Numbered from the stretch's first letter, positions 1 through 10,389 are shown. The stretch is DNA of 64,000 nucleotides from Pseudomonadota bacterium (GCA_039820585.1 JBCBPV010000014.1:3811-67810), one strand, 5' to 3'. Notes: generated from the sequence alone by a model not told the origin. Numbers and translations: made by a program.

Positions 1-1418
1 AGCACAAAGTCCCGCACCTCGCCCCAGATCGGCGTGGGCCGGCTGCCCGCCATCCAGAACCGCGACGCTTCGGTCACGGTCATCGGCTCTGCCAGCAGCT
101 CGCCTCCCCCGGTCGCGCGCCACATCCGGTCATAGGGCGCGTTCGACAAGGTCAGCTCTCCGTCGCGCGAAAACACGGCAATCGCCTCTTCAAAGCTGTC
201 GAGCACCGATTGCCCCAGCTCCAACTCGGACCGGAACCGGCGTGTCAGCATCATCTCGGCGCTGATATCCTCAAAGATGAACGCCACCGCCCCGTCCGGA
301 TGCGGGCGGCCCGACACGCGGAAAGTGCGGCCTGCGGGCAGTGACCAGATCTCGGAATAGGTGCCGTGTTGGGCCGCGGCCTCCAACTCTGCCATCTGGT
401 CGCGCCAGCCGATGTAATCCTTGGGCTCGGGGATCATCTGCTTGTCGCGCAACCGGTCAAGCAAGGTGAACAGCGTGGGTCGCGCCGCCAGAAATTCTGC
501 CGACAGCGTGGTCAGGTCTGTCAGCGCGGGGTTGAAAAGCACCAGACGGCGGGATTTGTCGAACACCGCCAAGCCGGCCGTCAGATGGGAAAACGTCTTG
601 GCCAGCGTTTGCGTAAACGCCTGCCGGTGGCTTTCCGCGCTGACCGCATCGTCGACATTGATCGCTGAGAACAGATGCCCATCGCCCAGCGGCCGTGCGG
701 TGCATTCAAACCACTGCGGCCCCGCCCCATCCCCGGTGTGCAGGGCCAGCCGCGCGGGCATGCCGTCACCGGCCACGCGGGCCAACGCATCCACATCGAA
801 GACCGGCATGGGCGGCCAGGTCTGATAGGGGCTGTCCGTATTCACTGCGTCGATCACAGTGAAATAGGCCCTGTTCGCCCAGATGATCGTGCCATCCGCC
901 CCCTGCCGCCACACCAGATAGGGCAGCTCGTCGGTAGAGGCGCGCAGGGTCGCCAGCTCATCCTGCGTGGCCTGCCAGGCCAACGCCTCGATCTTGACCA
1001 CTTGAGGATCGCTGGCGCGCTGCGGGGTCACGGTAATCCGCACGCAATCGCCAATCCGCTCAATCCGGATATCGCGTTCCAGATCTTTGGACATCATGCG
1101 CTGGGGCTGATCGGCCATGACCGCATCGGGATCAGGCGGCAGGGACAGGCCAGCGGGCGCAAGGATCGCCGACAGCCGGGCCCAGTCATCCCGCACCTGC
1201 GGACCGGCATCCATCATCTCGCGCGCGGACGCAGACGCATCGGTCAGCCTACGGTCGCTGAACAAAAATACCGCCTTGGCATCGGGGTCCGGCGCCGGGG
1301 TGCGCGCAGACCGAACCGCGTCAAAGCGGTTGTACAGCACAAGCGCGCCCAGCGCCGCGCAAAAGGATGCGCCCGCAGGGACCACGACGGCCAAAAGATC
1401 AAAGAGCAGCGTTAACAC
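1..1418 (-). CDS. PAS-domain sensor histidine kinase, N-terminal part (3' end lies beyond window start)
   Basis: Not in the ORF track because the stop is off-window. My reverse-strand translation from GTG (complement of 1416-1418) stays open to position 1. It gives VLTLLFDLLAVVVPAGASFCAALGALVLYN (TM helix), then repeated PAS-like segments (ELPYLVWRQGADGTIIWANRAYF; LAVFDKSRRLVLFNPAL; AIAVFSRDGELTLSNAPYDRMW). An in-frame TAA lies just upstream of the GTG. Confidence 0.7.
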   Translation of the reverse strand, partial: MLTLLFDLLAVVVPAGASFCAALGALVLYNRFDAVRSARTPAPDPDAKAVFLFSDRRLTDASASAREMMDAGPQVRDDWARLSAILAPAGLSLPPDPDAVMADQPQRMMSKDLERDIRIERIGDCVRITVTPQRASDPQVVKIEALAWQATQDELATLRASTDELPYLVWRQGADGTIIWANRAYFTVIDAVNTDSPYQTWPPMPVFDVDALARVAGDGMPARLALHTGDGAGPQWFECTARPLGDGHLFSAINVDDAVSAESHRQAFTQTLAKTFSHLTAGLAVFDKSRRLVLFNPALTDLTTLSAEFLAARPTLFTLLDRLRDKQMIPEPKDYIGWRDQMAELEAAAQHGTYSEIWSLPAGRTFRVSGRPHPDGAVAFIFEDISAEMMLTRRFRSELELGQSVLDSFEEAIAVFSRDGELTLSNAPYDRMWRATGGGELLAEPMTVTEASRFWMAGSRPTPIWGEVRDFV

Positions 1419-1499
1419 AGACAGACACCCAGCAGCAGCGCGTTCAGCCTTGGGTTACAAAGCTTAACAGGCGGTTAATGCGGGGGTCGGTTGTGGGTA

Positions 1500-2897
1500 T
1501 CAGGCCTGAATCGGCTGGTTTTGCCCCAGACCGCTCAGTTCGGTGTCGCCAGCGATGGCGATGGAAGCGCGGGGCCAGACCGCATCGACGATGGCACCAC
1601 CCCGTTGTGCGGGTGCGGGAACAGCGGCCAGCGGATCGCGCCCATTGGCAAAGCTCAACTCTGCCCCCGACCTCTCCAACAGCGTCTTCGCGATAAACAG
1701 CCCCAGCCCCATGCCCTCATACTCCGGGCGCTGCGATTGGGTGGATTGTGCCCGGCGCAGCCGCACGAACGGATCACCGATCCGGCCCAGCACCTGGATG
1801 GGAAAGCCGGGCCCGTCATCAATGATGCGAAAGCTGATCACCTCATCACTCCAACGCACATCGATCCACACGTCTTCGCGGGCAAAATCGACGGCGTTCT
1901 GGATCAGGTTGCGCAGCCCATGGATAATCTCGGGCCTGCGCTGCACCACGGGCTGGCGCGGATCGGCGCCGTCCATCGGAGCGATGTCATAGTTGATGTT
2001 CACGCCCCGATCTTCATGTGGTTCCGCCGCTTCACGGATCACTGCGGACACCAGGCTTTGCTTGAGGTGCAGATCATCCTTCCCCGCCCGTCCCATAGAC
2101 CGCAGGATATCACGGCACCGATCCGCCTGTTCACGGATCAGCGCCATGTCTTCCTGCAGCTCGGGCCGATCTTCCAGCTCGTCAATTAACTCGGAACTCA
2201 CCAGCTTGATGGTCGCCAAAGGCGTGCCCAGCTCGTGCGCGGCGGCGGCCACCACACCGCCCAGGTCGGTCAGCTTCTGTTCGCGTGCCAGCGCCATCTG
2301 TGTCGCGACCAGCGCATCGGACATGGCATGCACCTCTGATGTGACGCGCTGGGCGAAGCCTGCCAAAAACACCACACCGATCACAATCGCCACCCAGAAA
2401 CCGAACACAAAGTCCGTGGGCATCCGCATGATGAACCCAAGGTCGGTGCGCAGCGGCACATGGTATTGGGCCACATAGGTCACCACCAGGATCGCCAGGG
2501 CGCCCAAAAGAACCGTTGTCCGCAATTGCAGGGCCGTGGCCGACACTGTGACAGGCACCAGGATCAGCAAGGCAAACGGGTTGTGCAGACCGCCGGTCAG
2601 GTACAACAGGAACCCAAGCTGCGCGATATCGAACACCAGGTGCGACGCCACCTCCGCCTCGGTCAGGCGCTTGTTTTCGGGGTAGACGAAGATCGCGATC
2701 AGGTTCGCGGTGATCGACCCGCCAATGGCCAGAAACGCCAGACCCAGATCCAGGTTCAGGTCAAAAAGGCGCTGGGCCACCGTGATCGCAGAAAGCTGCC
2801 CCGCAATGGCGATCCAGCGCAAGATGATCAGCGTGCGAAGCCGAACCCAGTTCACGCGGTGGCGTGCGTCGAATAGTCCTAGGGTTGGATTGGCCAT
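1500..2897 (-). CDS. regB: Redox-responsive sensor histidine kinase RegB/PrrB
   Basis: ORF 1500..2987 has multiple N-terminal TM helices, the H-box AAAHELGTPLATIKL and a C-terminal ATPase domain. It is divergent from senC-regA, as in Rhodobacter. Start moved to the ATG at 2897 (MANPTLGLF), preceded by AGGAAGG. Confidence 0.9.
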   Translation of the reverse strand: MANPTLGLFDARHRVNWVRLRTLIILRWIAIAGQLSAITVAQRLFDLNLDLGLAFLAIGGSITANLIAIFVYPENKRLTEAEVASHLVFDIAQLGFLLYLTGGLHNPFALLILVPVTVSATALQLRTTVLLGALAILVVTYVAQYHVPLRTDLGFIMRMPTDFVFGFWVAIVIGVVFLAGFAQRVTSEVHAMSDALVATQMALAREQKLTDLGGVVAAAAHELGTPLATIKLVSSELIDELEDRPELQEDMALIREQADRCRDILRSMGRAGKDDLHLKQSLVSAVIREAAEPHEDRGVNINYDIAPMDGADPRQPVVQRRPEIIHGLRNLIQNAVDFAREDVWIDVRWSDEVISFRIIDDGPGFPIQVLGRIGDPFVRLRRAQSTQSQRPEYEGMGLGLFIAKTLLERSGAELSFANGRDPLAAVPAPAQRGGAIVDAVWPRASIAIAGDTELSGLGQNQPIQA

Positions 2898-3002
2898 CAA
2901 AGCCTTCCTACGTACCTGTGAATAGAACCGCGTGCCTGCCTGTTGTAGGCGCAGGTGGACAGGTGGATCAATCCGGATGCACCACAAGGGAGGAGAGGCA
3001 TT

Positions 3003-3623
3003 ATGACCAGACTTCTTGCAATCGCATCGGTGCTTGCCGTGGTCGCCGGGCTTGGCGCCGCCTATCTGTCCGGCAGCGGCCCCTCATCCGTCGATCAGTT
3101 CGCACAATGCCGCGCCACGTCCGTGGCTGGCGGCGCAGGTGAGATCGGCGGGCCCTTCACGCTGGTGTCGGAAACCGGGGAAACGGTGACCGATGCGGAC
3201 GTTATCACCAAACCAACCCTTATTTACTTCGGTTACACGTTCTGCCCCGATGTTTGCCCGCTCGACACGGTGCGCAATGCTGACGCTGTTGATGTGCTGG
3301 AAACCAACGGTCACGACGTATTGCCAGTGTTCATCTCAGTAGATCCCGAACGCGATACACCCCAGGTTGTGGCCGACTTCACCGCAAACCTGCATCCCGA
3401 TATGCTTGGCCTCACAGGCAGCCCCGAACAGGTTGCCGCCGCCTCGCAGGCATACCGCACCTATTACCGCAAACACGACGACGATCCCGATTACTATCTG
3501 GTCGATCACTCGACCTTTTCGTACTTCGTTTTGCCCGAACATGGGTTTGTCGAGTTCTTCAAGCGCGACCTGCCACCTGAAGATATGGCCGCACGGATGG
3601 CCTGTTTCATTGAGGCCGCCTGA
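3003..3623 (+). CDS. senC: SCO1/SenC (PrrC) copper chaperone, thioredoxin fold
   Basis: FGYTFCPDVCP (CxxxC) and DHS motifs plus an N-terminal membrane anchor MTRLLAIASVLAVVAG. ATG at 3003 is preceded by GGGAGGAG. Located between regB and regA. Confidence 0.9.
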   Translation: MTRLLAIASVLAVVAGLGAAYLSGSGPSSVDQFAQCRATSVAGGAGEIGGPFTLVSETGETVTDADVITKPTLIYFGYTFCPDVCPLDTVRNADAVDVLETNGHDVLPVFISVDPERDTPQVVADFTANLHPDMLGLTGSPEQVAAASQAYRTYYRKHDDDPDYYLVDHSTFSYFVLPEHGFVEFFKRDLPPEDMAARMACFIEAA

Positions 3624-3697
3624 GCAAAAGTTTGACCGACATGGGGCTGCGGCCTATCGTCTTCTGAAGAAAAAAGAAAACTTCGGAAGGTAGCGTA

Positions 3698-4252
3698 ATG
3701 GCTGAACGCGCATTACAGGACATCGGCGAGGATAAAACCTTGCTTGTCGTCGATGACGACGAACCGTTTCTCAAACGCCTCGCACGCGCGATGGAGAAGC
3801 GTGGATTTGACGTTGAAACCGCCGGGTCAGTGACCGCGGGACGCGCGATTGCGACAGCCCGCCCACCGGCCTATGCGGTGATCGACCTGCGGTTGGAAGA
3901 CGGCAATGGACTGGATGTGGTGGAAACCATCCGCGAAAAGCGCCCAGATAGCCGTGTGGTTGTGCTGACAGGATACGGGGCCATCGCCACAGCCGTGGCC
4001 GCGGTCAAGATCGGTGCCACTGACTATCTGTCGAAGCCCGCAGATGCCAACGACGTGACCGCCGCGCTTTTGGCGACGCCGGACGAGCTGCCGCCACCGC
4101 CGGAAAACCCGATGTCGGCGGACCGCGTTCGGTGGGAACACATTCAGCGCGTCTATGAGCTGTGCGATCGCAACGTCAGCGAAACTGCGCGGCGTCTGAA
4201 CATGCATCGTCGCACGCTGCAGCGTATCCTTGCCAAGCGCAGCCCGCGCTAG
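3698..4252 (+). CDS. regA: Response regulator RegA/PrrA (ActR family), receiver plus Fis-type HTH
   Basis: 184 aa. Receiver domain LLVVDDDEPF...DLRLEDGNGLD and the highly conserved C-terminal HTH NVSETARRLNMHRRTLQRILAKR. GGAAGG SD. Confidence 0.93.
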   Translation: MAERALQDIGEDKTLLVVDDDEPFLKRLARAMEKRGFDVETAGSVTAGRAIATARPPAYAVIDLRLEDGNGLDVVETIREKRPDSRVVVLTGYGAIATAVAAVKIGATDYLSKPADANDVTAALLATPDELPPPPENPMSADRVRWEHIQRVYELCDRNVSETARRLNMHRRTLQRILAKRSPR

Positions 4253-4589
4253 GCTTGCACTTATCGGTGTCGCGGTGCTGGCAAGTTGCACCGCGGCACC
4301 CGCTCCTTCCCCGATCCCATACGCTTTGGATCCCGGTGGCGTCCAACTGTTGGACAGCACGCTCAGGATCGACCTGGGCCGGGCCGAGGCCAGCGCCATC
4401 GCATCCATGTCCCGGCTTGTGGGCGATGATCCCGTGGCCACGGGCACCTGCGCCGACCCTACGCAGCGTTTTGCGACGTGGTGGGATGGCAGCGATGAGA
4501 TCATCTTTGTTTTCAGTGACAACGCGTTCATCGGTTGGGACAGCGGCGCCCGCGGCGTCACCGCGCGCCGCAGCTGCCCCATCGTCTAA
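4230..4589 (+). CDS. Hypothetical lipoprotein
   Basis: Signal peptide with lipobox (RARLALIGVAVLASC). There is no ATG; the TTG start at 4230 overlaps the regA end by 23 nt. High GC3. Confidence 0.45.
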   Translation: MPSAARARLALIGVAVLASCTAAPAPSPIPYALDPGGVQLLDSTLRIDLGRAEASAIASMSRLVGDDPVATGTCADPTQRFATWWDGSDEIIFVFSDNAFIGWDSGARGVTARRSCPIV

Positions 4590-5068
4590 AGATCAAACCG
4601 CTTGTGCGTCTTCCCTGTCAGTGTCCCGTCACTTAGCCGCGCGTCAGGATCTACGTCCCAATCGACAAAGCCCATGCGCCCGTAATAGGTCAGCCCACTG
4701 CGGTTGTCTGACCGGATCGACGCGTTGATCCAGCGGTAGCCCATGGCCCGACACGCAGCAGACGTGGCCGCAAACAATGCCGCCCCCACGCCTTTGCCCC
4801 CCGCCCCGATCCGCGCGAAGCTGGCGATATCAATGGCATCGCCGGGCAGATCGTCATGGGGTTCGGCCAGTTGAAAGCCCAGCACCTGACCGTCTGCATC
4901 CACCGCCACGTGCCACGCATTGCGGCCCGCATGTTTGACCATCCACGCCTCCAGATCGGCCGCCGTGACCCTGGTTTGCAACGCCGTGGTCCCGCCCGCA
5001 TCAATCAGCGCGTTCAGAATCTCGGCCATGGCGCCGGTATCGGCCTTGGTCGCGGGTCGAACGATCAT
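4586..5068 (-). CDS. GNAT family N-acetyltransferase
   Basis: GNAT-like acetyl-CoA site GAGGKGVGAALF...YYGRMGF. ATG at 5068 forms an ATGA overlap with the upstream HD gene stop. Confidence 0.8.
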   Translation of the reverse strand: MIVRPATKADTGAMAEILNALIDAGGTTALQTRVTAADLEAWMVKHAGRNAWHVAVDADGQVLGFQLAEPHDDLPGDAIDIASFARIGAGGKGVGAALFAATSAACRAMGYRWINASIRSDNRSGLTYYGRMGFVDWDVDPDARLSDGTLTGKTHKRFDL

Positions 5069-5661
5069 ACGCACAGCTCCAGCAATTCGGCATGGCGCGC
5101 CATATACTCGGCGCGCGCCTCGGCCGGGGGGCGCAGCGTTACAGACAGCCCTTCAAGCAACGCCTCGGGCGGTGCCCCGAAAAACCGGTTCGCCTCGGCC
5201 AATGTAAAGCCCGCAATCTGCGTCGCCTCCAGCCAGGCAGAGACGCGGTCGGCCCGCTTGATCTGTTGTTTGACCGTCTTTGGCAATGCGGCAGGCAACC
5301 CGAACCGCAGATGAATGGCCGCGGTCAGCCGATCATCCAGCTCCGCATATCCCGGGCCAACGGCGGCCTTCACCGGCGAAATCATGTCGCCGATCACGTA
5401 TTCCGGTGCGTCGTGCAACAGCGCGGCCAACCGCCATTTCTGCGGGGCCTCGGGCGCGATGCGAGCGTACAGCGTCTCAACCAAAAGTGAATGTTCTGCC
5501 ACGGAATAAGGGAAATCCCCCGCCGTCTGCCCGTTCCACCGCGCAACAAAGGCCAGACCGTGGGCAACGTCTTCGATCTCGATATCCATCGGTGTGGGAT
5601 CAAGCAGGTCAAGACGGCGACCCGATAACATCCGCTGCCAGGCCCGTGGGGCGCGTGCCAT
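5065..5661 (-). CDS. HD-domain phosphohydrolase (YfbR-like 5'-nucleotidase family)
   Basis: SVAEHSL...LLHDAPEYVIGDMISPVK HD motif. Start moved to the ATG at 5661 (MARAPRAW), preceded by GGGAGG. Confidence 0.8.
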   Translation of the reverse strand: MARAPRAWQRMLSGRRLDLLDPTPMDIEIEDVAHGLAFVARWNGQTAGDFPYSVAEHSLLVETLYARIAPEAPQKWRLAALLHDAPEYVIGDMISPVKAAVGPGYAELDDRLTAAIHLRFGLPAALPKTVKQQIKRADRVSAWLEATQIAGFTLAEANRFFGAPPEALLEGLSVTLRPPAEARAEYMARHAELLELCV

Positions 5662-5867
5662 AGAATCCTCCCAAACTTGCCCGGTCCCTGCACGAATTGC
5701 CCGGTATCCGGGGGTCTGGCGGGGTGGCGTCACAAAATACAACGTTCCGATGTAACTTAAGGAACTTTTGCGATTTGAGGCCTAACGGTATCAGGCACGA
5801 CCAACAACAAGAGTCAGGGGGATCACACGCGCACATGCAGCGAAATCGCTGCAGAAAGGAGCATCCC

Positions 5868-6170
5868 ATGCGCAGAATGATCACAACACTTGCTGCCACA
5901 GCAGTCTTCTTGCCCACCCTCGCCCACGCGCAACAGTTTTGTGCCGAACGGCAGGCGATCACCGACAAGCTGACATCGGGCTATGGCGAAACCTATGCGG
6001 GCGGCGGCGTCCGTAATGCCCAAAGCATCTTTGAGATCTGGAAGTCCGAAGAAAAGGGCACCTGGACCATCCTGATGACGATGGCCGATGGGCGATCTTG
6101 CGTGATGGCATCGGGCACCAACTGGCGCGATCCCGGCACGATGAAACGGCCCACCGGCGTCCCAGGCTAA
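5868..6170 (+). CDS. Small secreted hypothetical protein (~100 aa)
   Basis: Signal peptide [29 protein letters not shown] 6 nt upstream of the ATG at 5868. Confidence 0.6.
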   Translation: MRRMITTLAATAVFLPTLAHAQQFCAERQAITDKLTSGYGETYAGGGVRNAQSIFEIWKSEEKGTWTILMTMADGRSCVMASGTNWRDPGTMKRPTGVPG

Positions 6171-7195
6171 ATCTTCATCACGATGCGCCCGTCGATTGTG
6201 CCGGCGCGCATCTGATCGAAGATCGCATTGATGTTTTCCAGCTTGTCCCACTCAAAGTGGGACTTGACCTTCCCTTCACCGGCAAAGGCCAGCGACTCTG
6301 CCAGATCATTGCGGGTACCCACGATGGACCCGCGCACCGTGATCCGCTTGAGCACGATCTCAAAGATCGGCAGCGGAAAGTTTCCAGGCGGCAAACCGAC
6401 AAGCGACATGGTGCCATGGCGCCGCAACATGCCAACGGCCTGCTCAAACGCGGCGTTTGACACCGCGGTCACCAACACGCCATGCACCCCGCCCATCTGC
6501 GTCTGCAACTCACCCACCGGATCCTGCGTGGCCGCATTGAATGTCAGGTCGGCCCCAAGCTCTTTGGCCAGGTCCAGCTTGTCCTCGGCCACATCGACCG
6601 CGACCACATGAAACCCCATCGCCTTGGCGTATTGCACCGCCATATGCCCCAGCCCGCCAATGCCAGAGATGGCCACCCAATCGCCCGGCTTGGCCTCTGT
6701 CTCTTTCAGGCCCTTATAGACCGTCACCCCCGCACACAGCACCGGCGCGGCCGGCCCAAAGTCCAACCCATCGGGGATGTGCCCCACATAATCGGCATCC
6801 GCCCGGACGTACTCGGCATAGCTGCCATCCACCGAATATCCGGTGTTTTGCTGGCTTTCACACAGGGTTTCCCACCCGCCCACACAATGCTCGCAATGCC
6901 CGCACGCGGTGTGCAGCCAGGGCGCCCCGATCCTGTCGCCCTCTTTCAGATGCGTGACCCCTGCCCCAACAGCGGCAACCTCACCCACACCTTCATGCCC
7001 CGGAATGAACGGCGCGGTCGGCTTGACCGGCCAGTCCCCTTCGGCGGCATGCAAATCGGTGTGACAGACGCCTGAGGCACGCACCCGCATCAGAACCTGA
7101 CCTGGCCCCACTTCGGGCACCGGCACCTCGCGGATATCCAGCGGTTGACCCAAAGCGGGAACGACAGCGGCTTTCATTGTTTTGGGCAATGACAT
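6167..7195 (-). CDS. Zinc-dependent alcohol dehydrogenase (AdhP-like, MDR family)
   Basis: GVCHTDLH zinc motif, structural-zinc cysteines CGHCEHC and a GIGGLGH Rossmann motif. GGGAGGA SD. Confidence 0.9.
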   Translation of the reverse strand: MSLPKTMKAAVVPALGQPLDIREVPVPEVGPGQVLMRVRASGVCHTDLHAAEGDWPVKPTAPFIPGHEGVGEVAAVGAGVTHLKEGDRIGAPWLHTACGHCEHCVGGWETLCESQQNTGYSVDGSYAEYVRADADYVGHIPDGLDFGPAAPVLCAGVTVYKGLKETEAKPGDWVAISGIGGLGHMAVQYAKAMGFHVVAVDVAEDKLDLAKELGADLTFNAATQDPVGELQTQMGGVHGVLVTAVSNAAFEQAVGMLRRHGTMSLVGLPPGNFPLPIFEIVLKRITVRGSIVGTRNDLAESLAFAGEGKVKSHFEWDKLENINAIFDQMRAGTIDGRIVMKI

Positions 7196-7353
7196 TGATT
7201 TCCTCCCTATGGTCTTCGTGTTGATTGCCTGCCCAGAAGACCACGCTCAGGATTCACCGGTATGATGCAAATCAAGCGCATCGCCCACGTTGTCCTGCGC
7301 CAGAGCGCCTGCTATGGGACCAGCAAAGAGACACGCATGATTTCAAGGAGCCG

Positions 7354-8745
7354 ATGATGGCCAAAGACTTCGTCGTCAAAGATATCTCGCTCGCCGCCTT
7401 TGGCCGGAAAGAGCTGGATATCGCCGAAACCGAAATGCCGGGCCTGATGGCCCTGCGCGAGGAATATGGCGAAAGCAAACCCCTCACCGGTGCGCGCATC
7501 GTGGGCTCGCTGCACATGACGATCCAGACCGCGGTTCTGATCGAGACGCTGGTAGAGCTGGGTGCAGACGTGCGCTGGGCCTCATGCAACATCTTCTCCA
7601 CGCAAGACCACGCGGCGGCGGCGATTGCCGAAGGTGGAACGCCGGTTTTCGCGATCAAGGGCCAGACCCTGGAAGAGCATTGGGATTACCTGGACAAATC
7701 CTTCATGTTCGAAGACGGCCCGAACATGATCCTCGATGATGGTGGCGACGCGACGCTTTACGTGCTGCTCGGCGCGCGGGCTGAAGCGGGCGAAGACGTG
7801 ATCCCCGTGCCGCAATCGGAAGAAGAAGAGGTCATCAAGGCGCAGATCAAGAAGCGGATAGTGGCGAGCCCTGGGTGGTTCACCAAGATCCGCGACCAGA
7901 TCAAGGGCGTGTCGGAAGAGACGACGACAGGTGTGAACCGGCTTTATCAACTGGTGAAAGACGGCCAACTGCCCTTCCCCGCGATCAACGTGAACGACAG
8001 CGTCACCAAGTCGAAATTCGACAACAAATACGGCTGCAAGGAAAGCCTGGTCGACGGCATTCGCCGCGCCACCGACACGATGATGGCCGGCAAGGTCGCC
8101 GTTGTCTGCGGCTATGGCGATGTTGGCAAAGGCTCTGCCGCCAGCCTTGCGGGCGCCGGCGCGCGCGTGAAAGTCACTGAAGTAGACCCTATTTGCGCCC
8201 TTCAGGCTGCGATGGACGGGTTTGAAGTGACGCTCTTGGAAGACGAAGTCGACAGCGCCGATGTCTTCATAACCACCACCGGCAACAAAGACGTCATCCG
8301 GATCGAGCATATGCGCGCGATGAAGGATATGGCGATCGTCGGCAATATCGGCCACTTCGACAATGAGATCCAGGTGGCGAACCTGAAGAACCACAAGTGG
8401 ACCAACATCAAGGAACAGGTGGACATGATCGAGATGCCTTCGGGCAATCGGATCATCCTCTTGTCCGAAGGTCGGCTTTTGAACCTTGGCAACGCCACCG
8501 GCCACCCCTCTTTCGTGATGTCGGCCTCTTTCACCAACCAGGTGTTGGCGCAGATTGAACTGTGGACCAAAGGCGATGAGTACGCCAACGACGTCTATAT
8601 CCTGCCCAAGCACCTCGATGAAAAGGTCGCGCGCCTGCATCTGGGCCGGATCGGGGCCAAGCTGACCGAGTTGAAGCCAGACCAGGCCTCATACATCGGC
8701 GTGACGCCCGAAGGTCCGTTCAAACCGTCCCACTATCGGTATTGA
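7354..8745 (+). CDS. ahcY: Adenosylhomocysteinase
   Basis: [39 protein letters not shown] and the NAD motif [18 protein letters not shown] before the ATG at 7354; the longer track ORF start is rejected. Confidence 0.95.
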   Translation: MMAKDFVVKDISLAAFGRKELDIAETEMPGLMALREEYGESKPLTGARIVGSLHMTIQTAVLIETLVELGADVRWASCNIFSTQDHAAAAIAEGGTPVFAIKGQTLEEHWDYLDKSFMFEDGPNMILDDGGDATLYVLLGARAEAGEDVIPVPQSEEEEVIKAQIKKRIVASPGWFTKIRDQIKGVSEETTTGVNRLYQLVKDGQLPFPAINVNDSVTKSKFDNKYGCKESLVDGIRRATDTMMAGKVAVVCGYGDVGKGSAASLAGAGARVKVTEVDPICALQAAMDGFEVTLLEDEVDSADVFITTTGNKDVIRIEHMRAMKDMAIVGNIGHFDNEIQVANLKNHKWTNIKEQVDMIEMPSGNRIILLSEGRLLNLGNATGHPSFVMSASFTNQVLAQIELWTKGDEYANDVYILPKHLDEKVARLHLGRIGAKLTELKPDQASYIGVTPEGPFKPSHYRY

Positions 8746-8880
8746 TCCGCCCATGCGGGCCACACTGGGAACGCCACGCGCATTTTCCCTTTGTTTGGGC
8801 CCACTTCGTCGGTATCGTGCGCGCACCGCTGAATAAAGCGGCAACACGAACAATGAACCCTACAGGTGGGAGAAATATCC

Positions 8881-9222
8881 ATGGGTAAGCGCGACGAGCT
8901 GATCGCACAATATGCGGACGATCTGAAAAACAAATGCGGGATGACCCCGGATATGGACCTGTTGACCAAGGTGACCATCGGGTGTGGCCCCGCGATCTAC
9001 AACGCAGATGCGTCCACGGTTGCCGGGTCGCAGAAAGCAGAGCTTGAGACAGTGAAGGACAACTTCCTGGTCAAAAAGCTGGGTCTCAAGGACAGTCCGG
9101 AACTGATGGATGCGATCAACTCGGTGATCGAAACCTACGGCAAGTCCGAACGCAACAAATACCGCGCGGTCGTGTACTACATGCTGACCAAGCATTTCGG
9201 CAAAGAGTCGGTGTACGGCTAA
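8881..9222 (+). CDS. DUF2853-like small conserved protein
   Basis: MGKRDELIAQYADDLKNKCG..., recalled as the DUF2853 family. GGTGGGAG SD upstream of the ATG at 8881. Confidence 0.7.
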   Translation: MGKRDELIAQYADDLKNKCGMTPDMDLLTKVTIGCGPAIYNADASTVAGSQKAELETVKDNFLVKKLGLKDSPELMDAINSVIETYGKSERNKYRAVVYYMLTKHFGKESVYG

Positions 9223-9236
9223 GCCTGCCTGTTGGT

Positions 9237-9270
9237 GGCGGGGCGTTCGGCGCCCTGCCCCGATAATTTT
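9237..9270 (+). terminator. Intrinsic terminator after the DUF2853 gene
   Basis: GGCGGGGCG-TTCGG-CGCCCTGCC, a 9-bp stem with one G-U, followed by ccgATAATTTT. Confidence 0.5.
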
Positions 9271-9396
9271 CCATAAATCCTATAGACTTAGAGTTTGCGT
9301 GCCCGGTGTGTTCCGGCTACAACTCTCGTGTTTCGACCAGGACGGTCCCAGCGATCTTATTCTACATGCCCACGGGGTGAGCATGCGGGGTGACAA

Positions 9397-9439
9397 GGGG
9401 GTTTCGTAATGTGCGAAGCCCCCTTTCCCGTCTTCTGTT
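9397..9439 (+). terminator. Orphan plus-strand intrinsic terminator (no upstream CDS)
   Basis: GGGGGTTTCG-taatgtg-CGAAGCCCCC, 10 bp with one G-U on the plus strand (A-C mismatch on the minus strand), followed by TTTCCCGTCTTCTGTT. Confidence 0.5.
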
Positions 9440-9455
9440 GGGCCCTCTACGCGCC

Positions 9456-9839
9456 TCAAAACAGCGTCAATACCGCGCCGATGACCGTACACCCAACCGT
9501 CGCATAGAGTCCGTCGATAACCGTCAATCTAAAGGGCCGCTGCGCAAACATGTAATTCGTCGCAAGCCACGGTGTTGCGATGAACAACCCCAGGCCAAAC
9601 CCGGTCACAGCCCCGGCGATAACCGTGTCTATTCCGGCGGTTTGGAAGATATGACGCGACATCCCCGCCACCAGGATCGCACAAAGAAAGCTGCCCGCGA
9701 AGGCCACGTAGTTCTGGCGATTGATGGTCTCTTCCGTAAGCCCGGCGGCTGCCATCCACTGTTTCGCGACCACGCCGTACCAGATCGCCCCAAAGATCCA
9801 CGCCCCCGCCGCGGCGGCGATCACAGATAGAATACCCAT
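9456..9839 (-). CDS. DUF1761-like small integral membrane protein
   Basis: 127 aa with four predicted TM helices (MGILSVIAAAAGAWIFGAIWYGVV...). Family name is from memory. Confidence 0.65.
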   Translation of the reverse strand: MGILSVIAAAAGAWIFGAIWYGVVAKQWMAAAGLTEETINRQNYVAFAGSFLCAILVAGMSRHIFQTAGIDTVIAGAVTGFGLGLFIATPWLATNYMFAQRPFRLTVIDGLYATVGCTVIGAVLTLF

Positions 9840-9906
9840 TTCTGTCCCTCCCTGTTAGTCTGCGCCTGAGACACCACTCTACCACCACCTGCCGCGGAGT
9901 TCCCCC

Positions 9907-10389
9907 ATGAAGCGTTTTCTCACCGTCATCATACCGGTTTTCCTAGTGGGCTTTGTCGCCGGCAATGCCTTTTGGTACCTCGCCTCACCGCTTTGGATCG
10001 ACGTGGAGGTGAACGAAACCCTCGCGGGCGCCGACACGCTGACCACGGTGGCCACGGGAAACTTCCGCGACGCCGACCGCGCGCATAGCGGCACGGGCGT
10101 GGCCACGATCCTTGCGCGCCCAGACGGGTCTGCGGTGCTGCGGTTGACCGAGTTCGAGGTGACGAATGGCCCCGACCTTGAGGTGTGGCTATCGGCCAGC
10201 CCGGATCCGCAACGCTCTTCAGACGTCGCCGACAACGCGTGGCTCGCACTGGGCCAGTTGAAGGGCAACATCGGGGATCAGAACTATGACATTCCGGCTG
10301 GCACCGATCTGTCGGCCTACCGCTCGGTCGTGATCTGGTGCGAACAGTTCGGCGTCCTGTTCTCACCCGCAGCCCTGGCCATGAATTAG
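9907..10389 (+). CDS. DM13-domain protein with N-terminal membrane anchor
   Basis: TGNFRDADRAHSGTGVATI...LRLTEFEVTNGPDLEVWLS...SVVIWCEQFGVLFS matches the DM13 pattern as I recall it. Confidence 0.7.
   Translation: MKRFLTVIIPVFLVGFVAGNAFWYLASPLWIDVEVNETLAGADTLTTVATGNFRDADRAHSGTGVATILARPDGSAVLRLTEFEVTNGPDLEVWLSASPDPQRSSDVADNAWLALGQLKGNIGDQNYDIPAGTDLSAYRSVVIWCEQFGVLFSPAALAMN

Noticed and set aside
675-2189. Plus-strand ORFs 675..1415 and 1491..2189
   Set aside because: They are antisense to the PAS kinase and regB frames and show R/P/G/H-rich composition.
7196-7353. Possible SAH riboswitch upstream of ahcY
   Set aside because: I looked for the SAH-element core (AGGCUCGG ... AACGGCGCUCA pseudoknot segments) on the plus strand and did not find it; there is only a chance GCTCAGGA. 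A cmsearch with RF01057 would settle it.
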